Of a stretch of DNA of 64,000 nt, positions 1 to 7,729 are shown piece by piece. Position 1 is the first letter of the stretch. Each line of letters opens with the position of its first letter. The notes beneath the pieces were generated by a model, which ran no database searches, was not told where the DNA came from, and saw only the letters and a list, made by a program, of their open reading frames with translations. Source of the stretch: Opitutales bacterium (GTDB taxonomy: Bacteria > Verrucomicrobiota > Verrucomicrobiia > Opitutales > JAFGAQ01); assembly GCA_022361075.1 (NCBI GenBank), contig JAKSBQ010000466.1, forward strand, positions 7,680 to 71,679, in the 5' to 3' direction. A program made the position numbers and the translations under genes.

Positions 1-1367
1 CCGTCCAGACTGTAGAACATGGCAATATCCTGTTCCAGATTTTGGATTCTCAACCAAACTTCAGAACCTTCCTTGATTTTTTGAGGGCTACGCGAATCAT
101 TCGTTTTCACAATTTGGCTGACAGTGTCCTTCTTGACGGCCATCCCTCCGTTAGCAACGCCGTCGTAGTAGACCACGAGCCCAGCAGTGACTCCGGCATC
201 CACCTGGAGCTTCGTCTCAACTTGGTAGGATCGGTGCTCAGCGTTAGAAAGGAGAACGCTTTCATCAGAGATCTTTTCCCCCACACCTTCCAGTATCAGT
301 TGTCCCTTTTTCAACTCGTAACCGCTTTCCACGTCCGCGCGGCTCAGGAAGGCTAGATTCGGAAGAAGTTCAGGCCCGTCAAACTCATCTCGCCAGTCAA
401 CGGCAACCGCATCTTCCAACTCCATTTCATCAGCGACGTGAAACCACCCCTCATCATCCCAAATCATAGGAGCAATCGCCACCTGGCGTCCCAGTGTGAG
501 GAAATTTTTCTCGTATCCGTGGTAGATCATATACCATTCGTCATCGCCAGCGTCGAAAATGGTGCCATGTCCTTTCGACCAGAGCCGCTCACTTTTGTTC
601 CATGTTTTGATGATGGGGTTGTGTGGGGAATTCTCCCACGGGCCGTCAACGTTCTTGGACCGAGCTGCAACCACCATGTGACTAGTGGCTGGACCCGCTG
701 TTCCGCCTTGAGCGGTCAATAGGTGGTAGTAACCGTCTTTGTAAATCAGCTTTGGAGACTCTCCACAAAAGCACTCGATCAACCAATACTCTGGAATTTC
801 CCAGCCTTCGTAGACTTTCCGTCCCTCGCTCATGATGTGAAGTCCATCCGGGGAAAGATCGTAGATCCAGCCCTTGCTCATGTAGATGTAGCGATTGCCT
901 TCCTGATCCACAATATGACCTGGATCGATTCCTGCAACGTCCATAAAAAGAGGTTCACTCCAGGGACCCATGATGTCTTTGGATTTCACAACGTAATTCT
1001 CCAAAACTCTTTCTGGAGACATGACGGTGAAATAAATGAAAAACTCATCATTGTGATGGATAATCTCGGGAGCCCATGCAGCCCCGATGTGTTTCTGAAG
1101 CACGTTCGTGATACGCTTCCAGTTTACCAAATCCGTTGATTCCCAAATAGGGAGACCCGGCACATTGTCATCTGAATTGTGTGTGAGGTAAAATTTATCA
1201 CCATGCTTCAAAATAGTTGGGTCCGGGTAATTGCCGGGCATTACGATACGAGAAACTTTGTCAGCATCTCGAACAGGATAATCAGGCTGCGAGTCTCCAG
1301 CGAACACCGGAGCGGTTAAGATCAAGAGCAAAAACGCCAAACTATTACAAAGGGGGGAAGTTTTCAT
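1..1367 (-). CDS. Glycoside hydrolase family 43 (beta-xylosidase/arabinofuranosidase-like) with C-terminal beta-sandwich; the C-terminal end of the gene runs off the window
   Basis: Absent from the ORF track because the window edge truncates it. Reverse translation from CAT at 1365-1367 gives MKTSPLCNSLAFLLLILTAPVFAGDSQPDYPVRDADKVSRIVMPGNYPDPTILKHGDKFYLTHNS..STDLVNWKRI..AWAPEIIHHNDEFFIYF: a signal peptide plus GH43 N-terminal motifs. The last codons in the window read EVWLRIQNLEQDIAMFYSLD, paralogous to FLKIRNYRQNLSFYGSLDGENW of the GH43 at 13298-14873. Plus-strand ORFs 42-1139 are antisense shadows. Confidence 0.85.
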   Translation of the reverse strand, partial: MKTSPLCNSLAFLLLILTAPVFAGDSQPDYPVRDADKVSRIVMPGNYPDPTILKHGDKFYLTHNSDDNVPGLPIWESTDLVNWKRITNVLQKHIGAAWAPEIIHHNDEFFIYFTVMSPERVLENYVVKSKDIMGPWSEPLFMDVAGIDPGHIVDQEGNRYIYMSKGWIYDLSPDGLHIMSEGRKVYEGWEIPEYWLIECFCGESPKLIYKDGYYHLLTAQGGTAGPATSHMVVAARSKNVDGPWENSPHNPIIKTWNKSERLWSKGHGTIFDAGDDEWYMIYHGYEKNFLTLGRQVAIAPMIWDDEGWFHVADEMELEDAVAVDWRDEFDGPELLPNLAFLSRADVESGYELKKGQLILEGVGEKISDESVLLSNAEHRSYQVETKLQVDAGVTAGLVVYYDGVANGGMAVKKDTVSQIVKTNDSRSPQKIKEGSEVWLRIQNLEQDIAMFYSLD

Positions 1368-1460
1368 ATTTCTAGTGGGGTGAATCATGAGCCGTGACAC
1401 GGCACTGTTAAGAGCTAAGTCAAGCTCCGGCAGATATCCACTAGAAAATGGAAAAACTGG

Positions 1461-3683
1461 CTATTCAGGCTGCTCCACCATTTCAAACAAGCTCCATCCG
1501 GAGTTTCCTGAATCCAACGCGTTCAGTTGGAAATACCAACCATCTCCACCGGCTGGGTACCACCGCCACGTTTGATTCGCATACAAATAAATCAACAATC
1601 CAGCTTCCGGCGATGAAAGATCCGTCTGAACATAGAACCAACCTGCGTTTTCCATCGGCAAAGTTTGAACGGTTCCGTCTTCGAGCGTCTGCTCAACCAC
1701 TTGCTCCCCGGCAAATTTGAAACTGTAAACCTTCGGGAACACCGTGTCGTTGATCCATCCCAGTCCTTTCAACAGCGATTGATTCGCGGAAGTATCTTTG
1801 ATTCCATTTTCGGGCAAAAGACCTTGAAAAACCGGAATGATCGAGCTTTTGGCAAGCACAGTTGGTATTTCGAGTAATTGGGCCGCATTGACCTCATCCA
1901 AGCTAGGTTTCGGTAAAGGTTCCCGTGAGGACATCCATCCTCCAATACCACCGGTTTTACCATCGAGGGAAACGGATCTACCCGTTCCGTTCAGAGGAAA
2001 CCACACGGCGGAAGTTTGCCCATCCGGGACCCAAATCCCATCAGCTACCAGAGTTGCCAAATCGTTAAAGATCATCCAGCGGTCTTCGGGGGTCGGGTCT
2101 TCTACTCCTTCAAAACGATACACGCCTGGATATCTTTGATCGGTAATCCATCCAAAATTCTGTCCAGCAATTCCATTCGCGTTCTTTACCCCATCCTCTA
2201 AAGGAATATTCAGAAATGGATTACCCTGACCCCAGACCGGAATACCTTCGGGTGCACCCAAAACGTCAAAAGAACTGATGATTTCAGGAGTGGGTATCGT
2301 CATATTTTGCGCCGGATCCATTACCCAACCATTTCCGGGGACTTCCATCAGACTAAACCGAAATCCCCACGGCTCTGTGCCACTGGGAAACCACGCCCAT
2401 CGATTCTCGTCGTAAAGATAGGCAAGAATGCCACTGGCCAAATTGGACAGTTCAGGATGCACATAAATCCATCCTCTCGAATTTCCGGTTTGCGACGCTC
2501 CTAGAACCGAACTCTTAACAATCGGAAACCTCGAATCTTCAACCGTTCCCAGTGAGGGATATCCGGCGGCTACCACATCTTTGACACCATCGATCTGAGC
2601 TAATGTCTGGAACGGATTCCCTAAACCCAAAGCTGGCGGTGAAGGAGGAACAACCAATGTACCCAGGAAGGCGGTAAGTTCTTCACCTTGGGGAACAATT
2701 GGCAATGAAGGGAGTGTGCCCCATCCACTGATACCGGAACCAGGATTGGTCAGGTTCTGTTCATACTCGGGCTTTTCTCTCGGCAACCACTTCCATTCAG
2801 CAGTGGCGAAAACGTAGATCAACAGCCCCCCACCCACAGTGTTCAGTTGCGGATAAAAATACACCCATCCTTTAAGTGGATCGATCAAAGGATCGACTAG
2901 GTCTTTTTGGCTCTCGGCCACTGAAAAACTGTAAACATAAGGGTAATTCACATCCCAGACCTTTCCGAGCTTCCACGGAGATTCCGGACCCTCACCCACA
3001 GTTTTCAGACCCTCCGCCTGAGGAAGTGTCAGAAAAGGTTGAACCGAATCCATTTCAGGCGGCAATTCCGGGATCACTTCAGGCACCACCACTTCGCCCG
3101 ATCCAGGCGCGAGGGAAACGGAATTAATCGCTTGCAACATCTGACCACCGGGAAAGCTGTTTCCCCCATAGCCATTGTGCTCAAATAACACCTCCCATTG
3201 CTGAATACCTTCTGCGTTTTTAACACCGTTTAAAACCACGAAGAAGGGTTGAGTGCTTACATCTGAGAATTGACTGAACGCACTTCGCTCTACGTCCATT
3301 AAAACGATTTCCAAACTAAAATTGCCGATAAAATTATTAATCCCATTCACGTTGGCACCCTCCACGTGCAACGCAATGTGCTTCACCGGAACACCATTCG
3401 CATTTTGAGTCCCGACATTACTCAACACCTGATCGTGGAGCGCCTGTGCTGCAGGTGGACAGAATGGACACCACCAACCAAACCACTCAAGTATGATAAT
3501 GCTGCCCTCCTCATCGTAGAGACTGAACGAATCCGTAGATTGCAAGTTCTGCGAATCGAAGTAAGGCAACGTAAAGTTGTTAGCGATTTGCCCAACAGCC
3601 CCATGTGAGTGATTCAAAATACCTAAACCCAAACAAAGAAATCCCAATTTCCTAACGGTCGATTTTAATGTGTTACTGCTCAT
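1461..3683 (-). CDS. Secreted thioredoxin-fold (CPFC) protein followed by four Trp/Tyr-rich ~90-aa repeat modules
   Basis: 740-aa ORF. N-terminal signal peptide (RKLGFLCLGLGILNHSHGA). Redoxin-like segment LEWFGWWCPFCPPAAQ, with CPFC encoded at 3459-3470. Then four modules with pattern NPF..L...G[VI]K..LG.[IV].D..[FY]P.VY[SR]...GW.Y......G.L.YLY....W.W.P. A 7-nt gap to the upstream gene suggests an operon. Confidence 0.7.
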   Translation of the reverse strand: MSSNTLKSTVRKLGFLCLGLGILNHSHGAVGQIANNFTLPYFDSQNLQSTDSFSLYDEEGSIIILEWFGWWCPFCPPAAQALHDQVLSNVGTQNANGVPVKHIALHVEGANVNGINNFIGNFSLEIVLMDVERSAFSQFSDVSTQPFFVVLNGVKNAEGIQQWEVLFEHNGYGGNSFPGGQMLQAINSVSLAPGSGEVVVPEVIPELPPEMDSVQPFLTLPQAEGLKTVGEGPESPWKLGKVWDVNYPYVYSFSVAESQKDLVDPLIDPLKGWVYFYPQLNTVGGGLLIYVFATAEWKWLPREKPEYEQNLTNPGSGISGWGTLPSLPIVPQGEELTAFLGTLVVPPSPPALGLGNPFQTLAQIDGVKDVVAAGYPSLGTVEDSRFPIVKSSVLGASQTGNSRGWIYVHPELSNLASGILAYLYDENRWAWFPSGTEPWGFRFSLMEVPGNGWVMDPAQNMTIPTPEIISSFDVLGAPEGIPVWGQGNPFLNIPLEDGVKNANGIAGQNFGWITDQRYPGVYRFEGVEDPTPEDRWMIFNDLATLVADGIWVPDGQTSAVWFPLNGTGRSVSLDGKTGGIGGWMSSREPLPKPSLDEVNAAQLLEIPTVLAKSSIIPVFQGLLPENGIKDTSANQSLLKGLGWINDTVFPKVYSFKFAGEQVVEQTLEDGTVQTLPMENAGWFYVQTDLSSPEAGLLIYLYANQTWRWYPAGGDGWYFQLNALDSGNSGWSLFEMVEQPE

Positions 3684-3690
3684 GATTTGA

Positions 3691-4809
3691 CTACCAATTT
3701 ATTGAATACCCTATTTTAAAAAAATCCCAATTGCGTGAAGAATAAAGAGGAGCGAAGCGTAGGTCTAAACCCAACTCATCATAATTTTGCTCATAGACTC
3801 CGACTTGGGCTGTAATCTGATGAGTAGCATCCAATGACGTCCACGAAGCCCCTAAAAAATAACGATACCCGATCACCCCTGGTGCGGCATCCGTCGCCAG
3901 GTTCGATTGTTCGATCTCTCCGTTGTCCTTATAATAACTACCCGTCACAGAGAATGACCATGTCTCATTGGGAGCATAGATTAAGCTTGAGCGTAGTAGT
4001 GAGGCTTCCACATCACTACCCTCCCTGCTGTATTGACCTGACAACCGCAAGATCCAGCTTTCACTGAGCGCAGCACTGAGCGCTGAAGCGACACCATATC
4101 TCACCTTACGTCCTGTGGTTTCAACAGCGCTCAGGCTGTGATTCCATCTCAAAGTTCGACTAGATAGATGCTCCAGGCTAAGCTCAGCAGACCAAACATC
4201 CAGATCTTCTATTCCCCTCACCAATTGACCTGCAGTGTCTCCTTCCACAGATAAATCATAGCCAGGCGCAATCGTTTGCTTGGAATACCCCAATCGCATT
4301 CGCACAAAAGCGTTACTCGGAATCCATTCCCAATCGGCACCAAGGACGAAACCAAGACCCCCGGGATCTGGTGTTTCGTAGCGATCACCTTCTATCTCTA
4401 CATCTGTCCAAAACTGGCGATAATATTCATCCAACCAAATGCTCTGATGTCTGGAAAATCCATCGAAGAGGTCTAAAATCGCAATTCCTTTGAACCTCTG
4501 CTGCAGTTGCTTCGAAATCTCAAATGACCCGGAATAATAATTCTCGGATCGATCCGCCGAATCGGTGACAATATCGATTGGAAATCCTACCGATTCATAA
4601 TCGATCTCGGTTCTCTGAGAGATTAATGAAACTCTAAACTCATAATCATCTTTGGTTAAGCGATGATCCACAAGTGCGCTCGTATAGTCGATATCCTCGG
4701 AACTCAGAAACTCAACAACTCCCGCAGTCACATTTTCAACGAACTGAGCCTCAACGCGAATGGACACGCTAATCGCGAGCAAAACGAATAGAGCCTTGTT
4801 GCGCTTCAT
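3691..4809 (-). CDS. Outer-membrane beta-barrel protein, DUF3570-like
   Basis: I place the start at MKRNKALFVLLAISVSIRVEAQ (signal peptide; CAT at 4807-4809), which overlaps the upstream stop as ATGA. Size is ~372 aa, with alternating hydrophobic/polar strand-like segments and a terminal aromatic residue (..IGYSINW). The context, with a DUF4266-like lipoprotein and a TlpA-like protein, matches my memory of the DUF4266/DUF3570 neighbourhood. The family assignment is not verified by any search. Confidence 0.55.
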   Translation of the reverse strand: MKRNKALFVLLAISVSIRVEAQFVENVTAGVVEFLSSEDIDYTSALVDHRLTKDDYEFRVSLISQRTEIDYESVGFPIDIVTDSADRSENYYSGSFEISKQLQQRFKGIAILDLFDGFSRHQSIWLDEYYRQFWTDVEIEGDRYETPDPGGLGFVLGADWEWIPSNAFVRMRLGYSKQTIAPGYDLSVEGDTAGQLVRGIEDLDVWSAELSLEHLSSRTLRWNHSLSAVETTGRKVRYGVASALSAALSESWILRLSGQYSREGSDVEASLLRSSLIYAPNETWSFSVTGSYYKDNGEIEQSNLATDAAPGVIGYRYFLGASWTSLDATHQITAQVGVYEQNYDELGLDLRFAPLYSSRNWDFFKIGYSINW

Positions 4810-5315
4810 CCCAAATCCTCCAGTTCCGCTTTTAATTCCTTGAAGTTCGGAAATCCGACTGAACGATAAACCACTGACGATGAACTCCACCCTTTCCTGA
4901 GGTCGATCACTACCACAAGCGGTAGTCCTTCATTTTGCCCCAACTCTTCAAAGAACTTCCCGTCGTCATCCTGAAAAGCCTCTTCGAGCTTCATTCTTTC
5001 TACAAATCTCTTCGTTCTGGCTTCTGAAGATCCGTCAACATTCACAGCCACCATTTCGAGATTCAATGCAGAATCGTTCGTGGATTCTTTTTTGAAACTT
5101 TCGACAAACTCATGAATGGCCGGAGTAGCCTTGTAACAAGGCTTGCACCAGTGAGCGAAAAAATCGAATACCACAACTGACCCTTCAAATTCCGATAAAG
5201 CCACCGATTCCGAAACACCGATCTTGGATAATTCGTATTCCTGAAACTCAAATGCTACCACTGAGTTCAGCAAGTGACTACAAGTAATCCCAAAAGCTAT
5301 TCCTAATCTTTTCAT
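4806..5315 (-). CDS. TlpA/ResA-like periplasmic thiol:disulfide oxidoreductase (redoxin fold)
   Basis: Motif VVVFDFFAHWCKPCYKATP, with WCKPC encoded at about 5136-5147. The likely start is MKRLGIAFGITCS (CAT 5313-5315), since the longer ORF would overlap the upstream gene. The 3' end overlaps the next gene's start by 4 nt. Confidence 0.8.
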   Translation of the reverse strand: MKRLGIAFGITCSHLLNSVVAFEFQEYELSKIGVSESVALSEFEGSVVVFDFFAHWCKPCYKATPAIHEFVESFKKESTNDSALNLEMVAVNVDGSSEARTKRFVERMKLEEAFQDDDGKFFEELGQNEGLPLVVVIDLRKGWSSSSVVYRSVGFPNFKELKAELEDLG

Positions 5316-5322
5316 ACCTTCA

Positions 5323-5559
5323 TTATTTGCAGGAAGAACAACTTGTGGACGCAGCTCCTCCGCTGCCCAATACACCGGGTTCAAGTAAACCCGCTAGACG
5401 ATCCATATGCGAAGAAGCAGGAAGTGGGCTCACTTGCATATCCGCCCTCGCGAGTTGCCCTTGTTCCTGCACCGGAATCACAGCGCACCCACACAGGCTA
5501 AAGAGCACCAGCAGCAGAGCGAGGGGTTTAAGAAACGTGATTTTTTGGCACTTTTTCAT
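5323..5559 (-). CDS. Small lipoprotein, DUF4266-like
   Basis: 78 aa. Signal peptide plus lipobox LFSLCGC, then ..VIPVQEQGQLARADM..H.DR....G..GSGG...SCSSCK. The size (67-84 aa class), the lipobox, the Gly-rich region and the C-terminal CxxC tail resemble DUF4266 as I remember it. It is the first gene of the four-gene operon. Confidence 0.5.
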   Translation of the reverse strand: MKKCQKITFLKPLALLLVLFSLCGCAVIPVQEQGQLARADMQVSPLPASSHMDRLAGLLEPGVLGSGGAASTSCSSCK

Positions 5560-5575
5560 TCGGCTTTAAAAGTAG

Positions 5576-5601
5576 AACGAACCAAACAGGTGAATATTCC
5601 C
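5576..5601 (-). promoter_or_regulatory. ECF-type promoter P4 (GGGAATA-N13-TTCGTT) upstream of the DUF4266-like operon
   Basis: The minus strand reads TCGGGAATATTCACCTGTTTGGTTCGTTCTA. The -35 GGGAAT is at 5596-5601 and the -10 CGTT at 5576-5579, with a 16-nt spacer. Architecture matches the three copies at 7457-7715. It lies 17 nt upstream of the ATG at 5559. Confidence 0.55.
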
Positions 5602-5630
5602 GAATAGTTCAATTTTTCCTCAAACTTTAG

Positions 5631-5663
5631 ATAAACTAAAACAGGCCACCGAAAAGTGACCTG
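5631..5663 (-). terminator. Rho-independent terminator after the spondin-domain gene
   Basis: The minus-strand RNA forms CAGGUCAC-uuuucg-GUGGCCUG (8-bp stem with one G-U pair; arms at 5642-5649 and 5656-5663), followed by UUUUAGUUUAU. It sits between the stop at 5706 and promoter P4. Confidence 0.6.
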
Positions 5664-5705
5664 CTTTTACATTAGAACGAGTTAGAAACAGCCGAACCAT
5701 TCAAC

Positions 5706-7403
5706 CTATTCGACTTCGAGAATTTCACCTGTACTGAGATTTTCAAATCGACGGGGATTCGCACTATCCACTTCGTAACGATACCAGGTGGAATCCTCCA
5801 TTCGGTAGATGTTGGGATAGTAGCTCTCAGAGGTGAAAATCCATCCCATGTCCCCCTGAGAATTAAAAGTCCAAAATCCTTCCGCATTACCTGCTCGCTG
5901 GAAGAAAAGCATTCCATGCTGAAGATGCTTCACCCACGGAAATCCAGAATCGTTCGCAATTCCAAATACTGGTGAACCACGATACCCTTCTGCACTTGCA
6001 GGAATACCTGCCCAAGGATTGTAGCGCTCCCAGATCTGTATCTTTGCAACTTGATATCCCGCTTGAGTGAAATCAGCCGCAGGGAATTGCGTTAACACAT
6101 TTCCACCAGCTATAAAACCCGGATGCGCTCCAACGACTCCGCCTTCAGTCGCTCCTGTATTTGGAGCCATTTGCCCGAGGACCGGAACATTTTGAGGTGC
6201 CTCGTCATTCACTTCAGTTCCTGCATCCCAAACGTTAGCTCCCTCAATCATAATCGTGGTGGGCTGGAAAATTCCACCTTCGTAGATGCGATATGCTGTC
6301 GGATTGTCGTTTGAGACAAACGCATCGTTACTCGGAAGGATCATCGATTGATATGAGAAATACTCGTGCGATGGATTGTTTGCGTCTACAGAGACAAATG
6401 AACTGCTGGATTGCCCCTGGAAAAACAAAGGTGGGCCACCTGGATTTTGAGGTCCGGTAAGGGTAGAGCTCCATCCATTTGCAACAGAAGCCGCAAAAAG
6501 ATCCGACAAGGGTCCTGTGTTTCCGTCCTCAGCAATGCCTTCAACGCCGCCCGATGCTGCTTCACCAACATTGAAAATATCAAATGATCCGTCATGCAAA
6601 CCTACCCAGAATGGAGTGAGGATCGTTCCCATGTCTGGCGCCGAGTTAGAAATTTCGATTTCCAACGTGCGATGACTCTCGGGCAATTTCTCCACGATGA
6701 TGCGCACAACAGCATAATTAGCTTGTTTGAAATCTCCATTTGGAGCAAAAGCCAAAATAGCTCCTCCAGGATTAAAGCCTGGGTGCAAGGTGACTACTCC
6801 ATTTTCGGTACCACCTGTATTTGCGACTGTTTGTCCAAGCATCGGAACGTTCTCCGCTACCTCGTCATTCACTTCAGTTCCTGCATCATAGACCATGCTT
6901 CCCATGATCTCCCAGGTCCCTCCGACAAAATTACCGTTAGCATCGTAAATCATTAGTCCCATCGGATCATCATTACCGATGAAAGCGTCATTACTGGGCA
7001 AAATCATTGAGAGAAAACTCATGTAGCGATGATTCGGATTCGATGGGTCAAGATTGATGCGAGTCATGTTCCCTGTCTGAGGGAAAAGCAACGGCGGGCC
7101 GTTCGGATTGGGCCTTCCAGTCAACACAAGATCTTTACCACCGCTGGATGCTGCAAAGTCAGCCCTGAGCGTCGCACCATTACCATCTTCCGCTATCGCT
7201 TCCAGACCAGCAGATGCAGGTGCACCAGCGTTGAATGTATCAAAATTCCCGTCATGAAATCCAAACCAGATCGGGGTAAGGGTAACTCCACCACCAGGAG
7301 CGGTAGATTCAACAGTGATGCGGATATTGTCCGCCGACAGACTGGAGGCTGTTATCGCCATAAATGCCGTAAACAGTGAGAGTAGCTGAGTATATTTTTT
7401 CAT
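5706..7403 (-). CDS. Secreted protein with two tandem spondin_N-like domains and a C-terminal copy of the Trp-rich module
   Basis: 565 aa with signal peptide MKKYTQLLSLFTAFMAITASSLSA. Two ~220-aa copies carry LTP.W.G.HDG.FD.FN.G..AS.G.E.IAEDGN...L...F......GPP.....ILPSNDAF..ND.P....DAGTEVNDE..NVP.LGQ, the spondin N-terminal pattern seen in bacterial homologues. The tail NPWAGIPASAEGYRGSPVFGIANDSGFPWVKH..GW.. matches the modules of the 740-aa protein. Confidence 0.7.
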   Translation of the reverse strand: MKKYTQLLSLFTAFMAITASSLSADNIRITVESTAPGGGVTLTPIWFGFHDGNFDTFNAGAPASAGLEAIAEDGNGATLRADFAASSGGKDLVLTGRPNPNGPPLLFPQTGNMTRINLDPSNPNHRYMSFLSMILPSNDAFIGNDDPMGLMIYDANGNFVGGTWEIMGSMVYDAGTEVNDEVAENVPMLGQTVANTGGTENGVVTLHPGFNPGGAILAFAPNGDFKQANYAVVRIIVEKLPESHRTLEIEISNSAPDMGTILTPFWVGLHDGSFDIFNVGEAASGGVEGIAEDGNTGPLSDLFAASVANGWSSTLTGPQNPGGPPLFFQGQSSSSFVSVDANNPSHEYFSYQSMILPSNDAFVSNDNPTAYRIYEGGIFQPTTIMIEGANVWDAGTEVNDEAPQNVPVLGQMAPNTGATEGGVVGAHPGFIAGGNVLTQFPAADFTQAGYQVAKIQIWERYNPWAGIPASAEGYRGSPVFGIANDSGFPWVKHLQHGMLFFQRAGNAEGFWTFNSQGDMGWIFTSESYYPNIYRMEDSTWYRYEVDSANPRRFENLSTGEILEVE

Positions 7404-7456
7404 TTTAATTACCTGTTTTTAGCCCTCAAAAAAAGGGCGATGATGTTTGCTTCTCC

Positions 7457-7482
7457 GACGATCCAAGCCCTCCCATATTCCC
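7457..7482 (-). promoter_or_regulatory. ECF-type promoter P3 (GGGAATA-N13-ATCGTC) facing the spondin-domain gene
   Basis: The minus strand reads TGGGGAATATGGGAGGGCTTGGATCGTCGG. The -35 is at 7477-7482 and the -10 CGTC at 7457-7460, with a 16-nt spacer. It lies ~50 nt upstream of the ATG at 7403. Confidence 0.6.
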
Positions 7483-7505
7483 CAAAAAAATAATAAAAAT
7501 TTCTT

Positions 7506-7531
7506 GGGAATAAATGGCTCACTTCATCGTC
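7506..7531 (+). promoter_or_regulatory. ECF-type promoter P1 (GGGAATA-N13-ATCGTC), distal, facing the sigma gene
   Basis: TTGGGAATAAATGGCTCACTTCATCGTCTCA. GGGAAT is at 7506-7511 and CGTC at 7528-7531, with a 16-nt spacer. It stands back-to-back with P3, 24 bp away across an A/T-rich tract. Confidence 0.55.
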
Positions 7532-7689
7532 TCACTACGTTCGACGAGGGCGACTATGGCTGATAATGGTCGCATTTTTTTGCCATCAAATTTTTATCAG
7601 AAAAGTTCTTTCAAGTATCCAAATGCTCTCAGCCGATGTTCATTGTGAAAACGTCCAAGATCATTTTTTCAAAAAAACTCCAATCTTAT

Positions 7690-7715
7690 GGGAATAGGAA
7701 CCACAGTTAATCGTC
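7690..7715 (+). promoter_or_regulatory. ECF-type promoter P2 (GGGAATA-N13-ATCGTC), proximal autoregulatory promoter of the sigma gene
   Basis: TATGGGAATAGGAACCACAGTTAATCGTCATA. GGGAAT is at 7690-7695 and CGTC at 7712-7715, with a 16-nt spacer. The ATG at 7730 follows ~15 nt after the -10, implying a very short leader. Confidence 0.6.
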
Positions 7716-7729
7716 ATAGAACTACACAC

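Noticed and set aside
42-1139. Three plus-strand ORFs of 94-138 aa
   Set aside because: They are antisense shadows of the minus-strand GH43 gene (1-1367). The GH43 translation has clear family motifs, and these ORFs have none.
7688-7729. ORF-track start of the ECF sigma (MGIGTTVNRHRTTH extension)
   Set aside because: These codons coincide with the P2 promoter elements (GGGAAT at 7690, CGTC at 7712). Sigma homology begins after the ATG at 7730.
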